Assembly: GCF_035084215.1 (NCBI RefSeq)
Contig: NW_027139264.1
Coordinates: 124,001 to 188,000, forward strand
Length of the DNA: 64,000 nt
Origin: Heptranchias perlo
Taxonomy: Eukaryota
Direction of reading: 5' to 3'
Part shown: positions 23,900 through 35,200 of the stretch, one piece after another
Layout of the letters: each line of letters starts with the position of its first letter
How positions within the stretch are numbered: the stretch's first letter is position 1
Program-made: the position numbers and the translations under genes
Notes under the pieces: generated by a model
The model's database searches: none
What the model saw: only the letters and a program-made list of their open reading frames with translations
What the model was told of the DNA's origin: nothing

Positions 23900-24682
23900 A
23901 TTCCCCTCACCCCGAGCCCCTCACCCAGAACCCACACCCTGAGCCCCTCACCCAGAACCCCTCACCCCTCACCTTCCCTTCACCCCTCACCCTGAACCCC
24001 TCACCCTGAACCCCTCACCCTGAACCCCTCACCCTGAACCCCTCACCCTGAGCCCCTCACCCTGAGCCCCTCACCTTGAGCCCCTCACCCCTCACCTTCC
24101 CTTCACCCCTCACCTTCCCCTCACCCCTCACCTTCCCCTCACCCCTCACCTTCCCCTCACCCCTCCCTCACCTTCCCCTCACCCCTCACCTTCCCCTCAC
24201 CCCTCACCTTCCCCTCACCCCTCACCTTCCCCTCACCCCTCACCTTCCCCTCACCCCTCACCTTCCCCTCACCCCTCACCTTCCCCTCACCCTGAGCCCG
24301 GCACCCTCCCCTCACCCTGAACCCCACACCCTGGGCCTGGCACCTTCCCTTCACCCCTCACCCCTCACCTTCCCTTCACCCCTCACCCCTCACCTTCCCT
24401 TCACCCCTCACCCCTCACCTTCCCTTCACCCCTCACCCCTCACCTTCCACTCACCCCTCACCTTCCCTTCACCCCTCACCTTCCCCTCACCCCTCACCTT
24501 CCCCTCACCCTGAACCCCTCACCCTGAGCCCCTCACCATGAACCCCACACCTTCCCCTCACCCCTCACCTTCCCCTCACCCCTCACCTTCCCCTCACCCC
24601 TCACCTTCCCTTCACCCCTCACCTGCCCCTCACCCCTCACCTTCCCCTCACCCCTCACCTTCCCCTCACCCTGAACCCCGCA
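23900..24682. repeat. C-rich low-complexity minisatellite built from cccctca / cccctcacctt / ccctgaa units
   Basis: Direct inspection; G-run-rich on the minus strand. Confidence 0.92.
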
Positions 24683-24684
24683 CC

Positions 24685-24815
24685 TGTGCACAAATTGGCT
24701 GCTGCATTTGCCGACAGCAGTGACGACACGTTAAAAAGTATTTCATTTTCTGTGAGGCACTTTGGAACATCCTGAGGTCATGAAAGGTGCTTTAAATAAA
24801 TGCAAGTTCTTTTTC
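24685..24815 (+). mobile_element. SINE 3' part with L2-derived tail (DeuSINE/SacSINE-like)
   Basis: aaattggctgc...ctttggaacatcctgaggtcatgaaaggtgctttaaataaatgcaag; similar copies at about 54570-54680 and 55650-55810. Confidence 0.7.
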
Positions 24816-24989
24816 TGTCCTTCTTTCGAACATGTTCTCTTGTTGCTTGTGTCAGAAGCTTCCTGGCTGCAATGTCTCCTGTGAAGCTTGTACCTCTTGG
24901 CAGCAGTCAACGAGTTGGGAGAGTTGAAGCTGAGAAACTATGGTTTATATATTGTGGGGCAGAAATCCATCTCGAGCGGAAGCGTGAAA

Positions 24990-25535
24990 CGGGCAGTATG
25001 GCCAACGGAACCCAATATCAGGCCGGGCACATAACGGGCGGTATGGCCAACGGAACCCAATATCGGGCCGGGCGTATAACGGGCGGTATGGCCAACGGAA
25101 CCCAATATCGGGCCAGGTGTATGACGGGCAGTATAGCCAATGGCACCCAATATCGGGCCGGGCGTATAATGGGCGGTATAGCCAACGGAACCCAATATCG
25201 GGCCAGGTGCATGACGGGCAGTATAGCCAATGGAACCCAATATCGGGCCGGGCGTATAACAGGCGGCATAGCCAATGGAACCCAATATCGGGCCGGGCAT
25301 ATAACGGGCGGTATAGCCAACGGAACCCAATATCGGGCCGGGCGTATAACGGGCAGTATAGCCAATGGAACCCAATATCGGGCCGGGCGTATAACAGGCG
25401 GCATAGCCAACGAAACCCAATATCGGGCCGGGCGTATAACGGGCGGTATAGCCGATGGAACCCAATATCGGGCCGGGCGTATAACGGGCGGTATAGCCAA
25501 TGGAACCCAATATCGGGCCGGGCGTATAACGGGTG
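24990..25535. repeat. CpG-rich 45-bp minisatellite (gccaatggaacccaatatcgggccgggcgtataacgggcggtata)n, about 12 units
   Basis: 15-codon periodicity in the ORF track; ends about 30 nt from the ZNF stop codon. Confidence 0.95.
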
Positions 25536-25564
25536 GCTGATGCGCTGCCGCCCAAGTTGGATTT

Positions 25565-26702
25565 CTACTCCTGCGTCTGGTGACGTTTCAGGAGACGAGG
25601 TGAAGTCCTTCTCACACGCCCAGCATTTGGAGAGCTCCTCCCCTCAGAGGGCGCGCCGATCCCGCGAGAGGTCGGAGGGGTAACCGAGTGACCGGAGGCG
25701 GGTGGGGGAGGGGTCGAACCGGACCTCGCCGCACGGCGCCGGAACAGCTGCGACCGCCGGCTGAAGGCCCGCCGAGGCCACTCTGAGTGGATGCGCTCGT
25801 GGACCAGGAGGGCCGTCGAGCGGAGGAAGGCCTTCCCGCACATCGAGCACTTGTAGGCCTTGTCCCCGCTGTGCAGGCGCTGGTGGTTCAGGAAGCTGTA
25901 GGCGTGGGCGAAGGCCTGGTCGCACAGCGTGCACTTGTAGGGCCGCTCGCCGGTGTGGACGCGCCGGTGGACGGTGAGGCTGTACGGCCGGGAGAAGCTC
26001 TTCCCGCACACCGAGCACAGGTGCTGCTTCGGTGGGCAGGGGGAGGAAGAGGAGGAAGGTGAAGGGTCCCCGTTGGGACCAGGGGTCTTCGCCTGGGCCG
26101 GAGATCTGTCGGAGCTTTCCCCGGAGTGGCAGCACCTGTGCGTGGAGAAGGGTGACAGGTGGCTGTACATCTTGGCGCAAATGGGGCACTTGTAGATCTT
26201 CATGCCGGTGTGGACCCGCTGGTGCATCAGTAGCGAGGAGGAGCGGACGAAGCTCATGGGGCAGGCCAAGCAGCGGTAGGGCTTCTCCCTCATGTGGATG
26301 CGCTGGTGGACCAGCTGGTCGGAGGAGCGGGCAAAGGCCTTGTGGCACACCGGGCAGGCGAAGGGCTTCTCGCCAGTGTGGAGACGCTGGTGCTGGCGCA
26401 TGGCGTAGAGCCAGGCGAAGGCCTTGTGGCACACGGGGCAGGTGAAGGGCTTGTCACCGGAGTGTACCCGCTGGTGCTGGCGCAGGCCGGAGGGCTGGGC
26501 AAAGGCCTTGCCGCAGGTCGGGCACTGGAACTGCTTCTGCCCCAGGTGGATGTAGCGGTGGATCTTGAGGTTGGAGGGGCGGCTGAACATCTTCCCGCAG
26601 TCGGGACACTGCACCCTCTTGTCCCCCCGGGGGGCGCGCTCGCCCCCTGGCAGGTCGCAGGGCGGGGAAACAGCGGTTTGCGGATCCATTCTCCCTCCTG
26701 CC
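25565..26702 (-). CDS. C2H2 zinc-finger protein, main coding exon (9 fingers in clusters of 6 and 3)
   Basis: CxxC-x12-HxxxH repeats with HTGEKPF/HSGDKPF linkers; GC-rich codon usage; acceptor tcttgttcctcgtcgcaag at 26703; internal ATG at 26689; TAG at 25565-25567. Confidence 0.92.
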
Positions 26703-27154
26703 CTTGCGACGAGGAACAAGACTCCGCACTTTGGGGGGAGGCGAGGGTGGAAAATGAGCAACAGGAGACTCCGCACAAAGGACGAGGCAGCGAGGGCAGT
26801 GGATCTCAGGCAAAGCACGCTGCCCAAATCCTAGGCACGAAAGAGCCCCTCCTCCGGATGCATTTCCCTTGCTGAAGATCAGAGGAGGACGAGTTCAACA
26901 GGACAACTCAATTGCCAGGCAATGCCAATGCTCCACCCCCCACACTGGGTCCGGGCTAGTTGGACAAGGCAGGAGAACGTCTCTTCGTTGTCAACAGCTG
27001 TCCCTCTCCAAATCCAACCAATGCCGACACCTTGCACGGACTGTCTCGGAGAACGGGTGGCTTTTCCATCCCACCCCTCACCAAGGGGGCTCAGCTGGGT
27101 CCTTCGACTCCTCGAGTCTCCTCCAAAACTGAGAAACAAATGAAACAAATGAAC

Positions 27155-27618
27155 ACTTTAGGAAGGATGTCAAGGCCTTGGAGAGGGCGCAGAGGAGGTT
27201 TGACGAGAATGGTACCAGGGATGCGGGGCTGTCCAGAGGTTGGGGTTGTTCTCCTCAGGGCAGAGAAGGTGAAGGGGAGATTTGGTGGAGGTGTTCAAAA
27301 TTATGCAGGGTTTTGATCGAGCAAATAAGGAGAAACCGTTTCCACTGGCAGAAGGGTCGCAGGTTTAAGATAACTGGCAAAAGAACCAGAGGCGACATGA
27401 GGAAATATATTTTCATGCAGCGAGTTGTTCTGATCTGCAATGCACTGCCTGAAAGGGTGGTGGAAGCAGATTGCTTTTCAAAAGGGAATTGGATAAATAC
27501 ATGAAGGGGGGAAATTTGCAGGGGAATGGGACTAATTGGATAGCTCTTTCAAAGAGCCAGTACAGGCACGATGGGACGAACGGCCTCCTTCTGCTCTGTA
27601 TCAATCTATGATTCTATA
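27155..27618 (+). mobile_element. Degenerate CR1 3' fragment with internal deletions
   Basis: LERAQRRF..., ALPERVVEA, ctatgattcta tail. Confidence 0.8.
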
Positions 27619-27629
27619 TCTTTATCTGC

Positions 27630-28990
27630 TGCCAAGGCAACTGTACACTATGGGATATTGATGTGTAAGTCACACCCCCGTGTACGGTGCCCGGGGAGAA
27701 CTCCCCTGCTCTTCTTCGAAATAGTGCCGTGGAATCTTTTACGTTCAACTGAGAGCGCAGACGGGGTCTCGAGTTAACGCCTCATTTGAAACACGGCACC
27801 TCCGACAGTGCAGCGCTCCCTCAGTACTGCCCCTCCGACAATGCAGCACTCCCTCAGTACTACCCCTCCGACAGTGCAGCGCTCCCTCAGTACTGCCCCT
27901 CCGACAATGCAGCACTCCCTCAGTACTGCCCCTCCGACAGTGCAGCACTCCCTCAGTCCTGCCCCTCCGACAGTGCAGTGCTCCCTCAGTACTGCCCCTC
28001 CGACAGTGCAGTGCTCCCTCAGTCCTGCCCCTCCGACAGTGCAGTGCTCCCTCAGTCCTGCCCCTCAGACAGTGCAGTGCTCCCTCAGTACTGCCCCTCC
28101 GACAGTGCAGTGCTCCCTCAGTCCTGCCCCTCCGACAGTGCAGTGCTCCCTCAGTACTGCCCCTCCGACAATGCAGCACTCCCTCAGTACTGCCCCTCCG
28201 ACAGTGCAGCACTCCCTCAGTCCTGCCCCTCCGACAGTGCAGTGCTCCCTCAGTACTGCCTCTCCGACAGTGCAGCGCTCCCTCAGTTCTGTCCCTCAGA
28301 CAGTGCAGCACTCCCTCAGTACTGCCCCTCAGACAATGCAGCGCTCCCTCAGTACTGTCCCCTCAGATAGTACAGCACTCCCTCAGTACTGTCCCTCCCA
28401 CAGTACAGCACTCCCTCAGTACTGCCCCTCTGACAGTGCAGCACTCCCTCAGTACTGTCCCTCCCACAGTACAGCACTCCCTCAGTACTGCCCCTCTGAC
28501 AGTGCAGCACTCCCTCAGTACTGCCCCTCTGACAGTGCAGCACTCCCTCAGTACTGCCCCTCTGACAGTGCAGCACTCCCTCAGTACTGCCCCTCTGACA
28601 GTGCAGCGCTCCCTCAGTACTGCCCCTCCCTCAGTACAGCGCTCCCTCAGTCCTGTCCCTCCCACAGTGCAGCGCTCCCTCAGTACTGTCCCTCAGATAG
28701 TACAGCAGTCCCTCAGTACTGCCCCTCCTACAGTGCAGTGCTCCCTCAGTACTGCCCCTCCCACAGCGCAGCGCTCCCTCAGTACTGCCCCTCCGACAGT
28801 ACAGCACTCCCTCAGTTCTGCCCCTCCCACAGCGCAGCGCTCCCTCAGTACTGCCCCTCCCACAGTACAGTGCTCGCTCAGTCCTGCACTGGAGTGTGAG
28901 CCAGGATTATCTGGTCAAGTGTCTGGAGTGGGAGTTGAACTGATAACCTCAGACTCAGGTGTGAGTGTGCTCCCCACAGAGAGACGGCTT
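27630..28990 (-). mobile_element. tRNA-headed SINE (DeuSINE/SacSINE-like) with internal 33-bp expansion
   Basis: Degenerate tRNA-like head with B-box (gttcaactcc) at about 28925-28990 on minus; SINE body resumes at 27630-27796. Confidence 0.7.
27797..28880. repeat. 33-bp minisatellite (cctccgacagtgcagcactccctcagtactgcc)n, about 33 units
   Basis: 11-codon periodicity. Confidence 0.95.
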
Positions 28991-29254
28991 CATCAAAGCG
29001 ATTCTGGACTCTGTGTCCACCACTGGTTTTGAAAAGGGGATTTCTCAATAACTCGCTGCATGAAAAAAGTCCCTTTATTCTTTTCTGATTGATATTAAGT
29101 TTGCGCCCTTTTTTCTAAAGTCTAAAATTTAAGTTTCTCTCATCTCTCCTCCGAGCTCATCCCATTCAGACCAGGATCAGTCTCTTTGTAGCTTTTAATG
29201 CAACTTTATCTTGGCTGTGATCTCACCCACTCCCTCCCCCTGCCTTCCTTCACT

Positions 29255-32200
29255 CTCTCACTCTCACATACACACTCACTCCCCCCTCTCCCTCCCTCCC
29301 TCCCACTCTCACACACACACTCACTCCCCCCTCTCCCTCCCTCCCTCCCACTCTCACACACACACTCACTCCCCCCTCTCCCTCCCTCCCTCCCACTCTC
29401 ACACACACACTCACTCCCCCCTCTCCCTCCCTCCCTCCCACTCTCACACACACACTCACTCCCCCCTCTCCCTCCCTCCCTCCCACTCTCACATACACAC
29501 TCACTCCCCCCTCTCCCTCCCTCCCTCCCACTCTCACATACACACTCACTCCCCCCTCTCCCTCCCTCCCTCCCACTCTCACATACACACTCACTCCCCC
29601 CTCTCCCTCCCTCCCTCCCACTCTCACATACACACTCACTCCCCCCTCTCCCTCCCTCCCTCCCTCCCACTCTCACATACACACTCACTCCCCCCTCTCC
29701 CTCCCTCCCTCCCACTCTCACATACACACTCACTCCCCCCTCTCCCTCCCTCCCTCCCTCCCTCCCACTCTCACATACACACTCACTCCCCCCTCTCCCT
29801 CCCTCCCTCCCACTCTCTCATACACACTCACTCCCCCCTCTCCCTCCCTCCCTCCCACTCTCACATACACACTCACTCCCCCCTCTCCCTCCCTCCCTCC
29901 CACTCTCACACACACTCACTCCCCCCTCTCCCTCCCTCCCTCCCACTCTCACACACACTCACTCCCCCCTCTCCCTTCCTCCCTCCCACTCTCACACACA
30001 CACTCACTCCCCCCTCTCCCTCCCTCCCTCCCACTCTCACACACACACTCACTCCCCCCTCTCCCTCCCTCCCTCCCACTCTCACATACACACTCACTCC
30101 CCCCTCTCCCTCCCTCCCTCCCACTCTCACATACACACTCACTCCCCCCTCTCCCTCCCTCCCTCCCACTCTCACATACACACTCACTCCCCCCTCTCCC
30201 TCCCTCCCTCCCACTCTCACATACACACTCACTCCCCCCTCTCCCTCCCTCCCTCCCACTCTCACATACACACTCACTCCCCCCTCTCCCTCCCTCCCTC
30301 CCACTCTCACACACACACTCACTCCCCCCTCTCCCTCCCTCCCTCCCACTCTCACACACACACTCACTCCCCCCTCTCCCTCGCTCCCTCCCACTCTCAC
30401 ACACTCACTCCCCCCTCTCCCTCCCTCCCTCCCACTCTCACACACAAACTCACTCCCCCCTCTCCCTCCCTCCCTCCCACTCTCTCACACACACTCACTC
30501 CCCCCTCTCCCTCCCTCCCTCCCTCCCACTCTCACATACACACTCACTCCCCCCTCTCCCTCCCTCCCTCCCACTCTCACATACACACTCACTCCCCCCT
30601 CTCCCTCCCTCCCTCCCTCCCACTCTCACATACACACTCACTCCCCCCTCTCCCTCCCTCCCTCCCACTCTCACACACACTCACTCCCCCCTCTCCCTCC
30701 CTCCCTCCCACTCTCTCACACACACTCACTCCCCCCTCTCCCTCCCTCCCTCCCTCCCACTCTCACATACACACTCACTCCCCCCTCTCCCTCCCTCCCT
30801 CCCACTCTCACACACACACTCACTCCCCCCTCTCCCTCCCTCCCTCCCACTCTCACACACACACTCACTCCCCCCTCTCCCTCCCTCCCTCCCACTCTCA
30901 CACACACACTCACTCCCCCCTCTCCCTCCCTCCCTCTCACTCTCTCATACACACTCACTCCCCCCTCTCCCTCCCTCCCTCCCACTCTCACATACACACT
31001 CACTCCCCCCTCTCCCTCCCTCCCTCCCACTCTCACATACACACTCACTCCCCCCTCTCCCTCCCTCCCTCCCACTCTCTCATACACACTCACTCCCCCC
31101 TCTCCCTCCCTCCCTCCCACTCTCTCATACACACTCACTCCCCCCTCTCCCTCCCTCCCTCCCACTCTCTCATACACACTCACTCCCCCTCTCCCTCCCT
31201 CCCTCCCACTCTCTCATACACACTCACTCCCCCCTCTCCCTCCCTCCCTCCCACTCTCACATACACACTCACTCCCCCCTCTCCCTCCCTCCCTCCCACT
31301 CTCACACACACTCACTCCCCCCTCTCCCTCCCTCCCTCCCACTCTCACACACACTCACTCCCCCCTCTCCCTCCCTCCCTCCCACTCTCACATACACACT
31401 CACTCCCCCCTCTCCCTCCCTCCCTCCCACTCTCACATACACACTCACTCCCCCCTCTCCCTCCCTCCCTCCCACTCTCACACACACACTCACTCCCCCC
31501 TCTCCCTCCCTCCCTCCCACTCTCATACACACTCACTCCCCCCTCTCCCTCCCTCCCTCCCACTCTCACATACACACTCACTCCCCCCTCTCCCTCCCTC
31601 CCTCCCACTCTCACATACACACTCACTCCCCCCTCTCCCTCCCTCCCTCTCACTCTCACACACACTCACTCCCCCCTCTCCCTCCCTCCCTCCCACTCTC
31701 ACATACACACTCACTCCCCCCTCTCCCTCCCTCCCTCCCACTCTCACATACACACTCACTCCCCCCTCTCCCTCCCTCCCTCCCACTCTCACACACACAC
31801 TCACTCCCCCCTCTCCCTCCCTCCCTCCCACTCTCACACACACTCACTCCCCCCTCTCCCTCCCTCCCTCCCACTCTCTCATACACACTCACTCCCCCCT
31901 CTCCCTCCCTCCCTCCCACTCTCACATACACACTCACTCCCCCCTCTCCCTCCCTCCCTCCCACTCTCACATAAACACTCACTCCCCCCTCTCCCTCCCT
32001 CCCTCCTACTCTCACACACACACTCACTCCCCCCTCTCCCTCCCACTCTCACACTCTCACATACACACTCACTCCCCCCTCTCCCTCCCTCCCTCCCACT
32101 CTCTCATACACACTCACTCCCCCCTCTCCCTCCCTCCCTCCCACTCTCTCATACACACTCACTCCCCCCTCTCCCTCCCTCCCTCCCACTCTCACATACA

Positions 32201-35200
32201 CACTCACTCCCCCCTCTCCCTCCCTCCCTCCCACTCTCACATACACACTCACTCCCCCCTCTCCCTCCCTCCCTCCCACTCTCAAATACACACTCACTCC
32301 CCCCTCTCCCTCCCTCCCTCCCACTCTCACACACACACTCACTCCCCCCTCTCCCTCCCTCCCTCCCACTCTCACATACACACTCACTCCCCCCTCTCCC
32401 TCCCTCCCTCCCACTCTCACATACACACTCACTCCCCCCTCTCCCTCCCTCCCTCCCACTCTCACATACACACTCACTCCCTCCTCTCCCTCCCTCCCTC
32501 CCACTCTCTCATACACACTCACTCCCCCCTCTCCCTCCCTCCCTCCCACTCTCACATACACACTCACTCCCCCCTCTCCCTCCCTCCCTCCCACTCTCAC
32601 ACACACACTCACTCCCCCCTCTCCCTCCCTCCCTCCCACTCTCTCATACACACTCACTCCCCCCTCTCCCTCCCTCCCTCCCACTCTCACACACACACTC
32701 ACTCCCCCCTCTCCCTCCCTCCCTCCCACTCTCACACACACACTCACTCCCCCCTCTCCCTCCCTCCCTCCCACTCTCACACACACACTCACTCCCCCCT
32801 CTCCCTCCCTCCCTCCCACTCTCTCACACACTCACTCCCTCCTCTCCCTCCCTCCCTCCCACTCTCTCATACACACTCACTCCCCCCTCTCCCTCCCTCC
32901 CTCCCACTCTCACATAAACACTCACTCCCCCCTCTCCCTCCCTCCCTCCCACTCTCACATACACACTCACTCCCCCCTCTCCCTCCCTCCCTCCCACTCT
33001 CACATACACACTCACTCCCCCCTCTCCCTCCCTCCCTCCCACTCTCTCATACACACTCACTCCCCCCTCTCCCTCCCTCCCTCCCACTCTCACATACACA
33101 CTCACTCCCCCCTCTCCCTCCCTCCCACTCTCACATACACACTCAGTCCCCCCTCTCCCTCCCTCCCTCCCACTCTCACATACACACTCACTCCCCCCTC
33201 TCCCTCCCTCCCTCCCACTCTCACATACACACTCACTCCCCCCTCTCCCTCCCTCCCTCCCACTCTCACACACACACTCACTCCCCCCTCTCCCTCCCTC
33301 CCTCCCACTCTCACACACACACTCACTCCCCCCTCTCCCTCCCTCCCTCCCACTCTCTCACACACACTCACTCCCCCCTCTCCCTCCCTCCCTCCCACCC
33401 TCACACACACACTCACTCCCCCCTCTCCCTCCCTCCCTCCCACTCTCACACACACACTCACTCCCCCCTCTCCCTCCCTCCCTCCCACCCTCACACACAC
33501 ACTCACTCCCCCCTCTCCCTCCCTTCCTCCCACTCTCACATACACACTCACTCCCCCCTCTCCCTCCCTCCCTCCCACTCTCACACACACTCACTCCCCC
33601 CTCTCCCTCCCTCCCTCCCACTCTCACACACACAATCACTCCCCCCTCTCCCTCCCTCCCTCCCACTCTCACACACACACTCACTCCCCCCTCTCCCTCC
33701 CTCCCTCCCACTCTCACATACACACTCACTCCCCCCTCTCCCTCCCTCCCTCCCACTCTCACATACACACTCACTCCCCCCTCTCCCTCCCTCCCTCCCA
33801 CTCTCACATACACACTCACTCCCCCCTCTCCCTCCCTCCCTCCCACTCTCACAAACACACTCACTCCCCCCACTCCCTCCCTCCCTCCCACTCTCACAAA
33901 CACACTCACTCCCCCCTCTCCCTCCCTCCCTCCCACTCTCACATACACACTCACTCCCCCCTCTCCCTCCCTCCCTCCCACTCTCACACACACACTCACT
34001 CCCCCCTCTCCCTCCCTCCCTCCCACTCTCACACACACTCACTCCCCCCTCTCCCTCCCTCCCTCCCACTCTCACATACACACTCACTCCCCCCTCTCCC
34101 TCCCTCCCTCCCACTCTCACATACACACTCACTCCCCCCTCTCCCTCCCTCCCTCCCACCCTCACACACACACTCACTCCCCCCTCTCCCTCCCTTCCTC
34201 CCACTCTCACATACACACTCACTCCCCCCTCTCCCTCCCTCCCTCCCACTCTCACACACACTCACTCCCCCCTCTCCCTCCCTCCCTCCCACTCTCACAC
34301 ACACAATCACTCCCGCCTCTCCCTCCCTCCCTCCCACTCTCACACACACACTCACTCCCCCCTCTCCCTCCCTCCCTCCCACTCTCACACACACACTCAC
34401 TCCCCCCTCTCCCTCCCTCCCTCCCACTCTCACATACACACTCACTCCCCCCTCTCCCTCCCTCCCTCCCACTCTCACAGACACACTCACTCCCCCCTCT
34501 CCCTCCCTCCCTCCCACCCTCACACACACACTCACTCCCCCCTCTCCCTCCCTCCCTCCCACTCTCTCATACACACTCACTCCCCCCTCTCCCTCCCTCC
34601 CTCCCACTCTCACACACACACTCACTCCCCCCTCTCCCTCCCTCCCTCCCACTCTCACATACACACTCACTCCCCCCTCTCCCTCCCTCCCTCCCACTCT
34701 CACACACACACTCACTCCCCCCTCTCCCTCCCTCCCTCTCACTCTCACATAAACACTCACTCCCCCCTCTCCCTCCCTCCCTCCCACTCTCACACACACA
34801 CTCACTCCACCCTCTCCCTCCCTCCCTCCCTCCCACTCTCACATACACACTCACTCCCCCCTCTCCCTCCCTCCCTCCCACTCTCACACACACACTCACT
34901 CCCCCCTCTCCCTCCCTCCCTCCCACTCTCACACACACACTCACTCCCCCCTCTCCCTCCCTCCCTCCCACTCTCACATACACACTCACTCCCCCCTCTC
35001 CCTCCCTCCCTCCCACTCTCACATACACACTCACTCCCCCCTCTCCCTCCCTCCCTCCCACTCTCACATAAACACTCACTCCCCCCTCTCCCTCCCTCCC
35101 TCCCACTCTCACATACACACTCACTCCCCCCTCTCCCTCCCTCCCTCCCACTCTCACATACACACTCACTCCCCCCTCTCCCTCCCTCCCTCCCACTCTC

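Noticed and set aside
24800-25555. 246-aa ORF with ANGTQYRAGRITGGI repeats
   Set aside because: 45-bp minisatellite open in multiple frames on both strands; no true start context
26703-26827. N-terminal extension of the 420-aa ZNF ORF
   Set aside because: Starts at a non-ATG codon and crosses a polypyrimidine tract/acceptor; likely intronic
28925-28990. tRNA gene
   Set aside because: Degenerate A box and no cloverleaf; it is a SINE head
27745-29032. Cys-rich repeat ORFs
   Set aside because: 33-bp SINE-derived minisatellite
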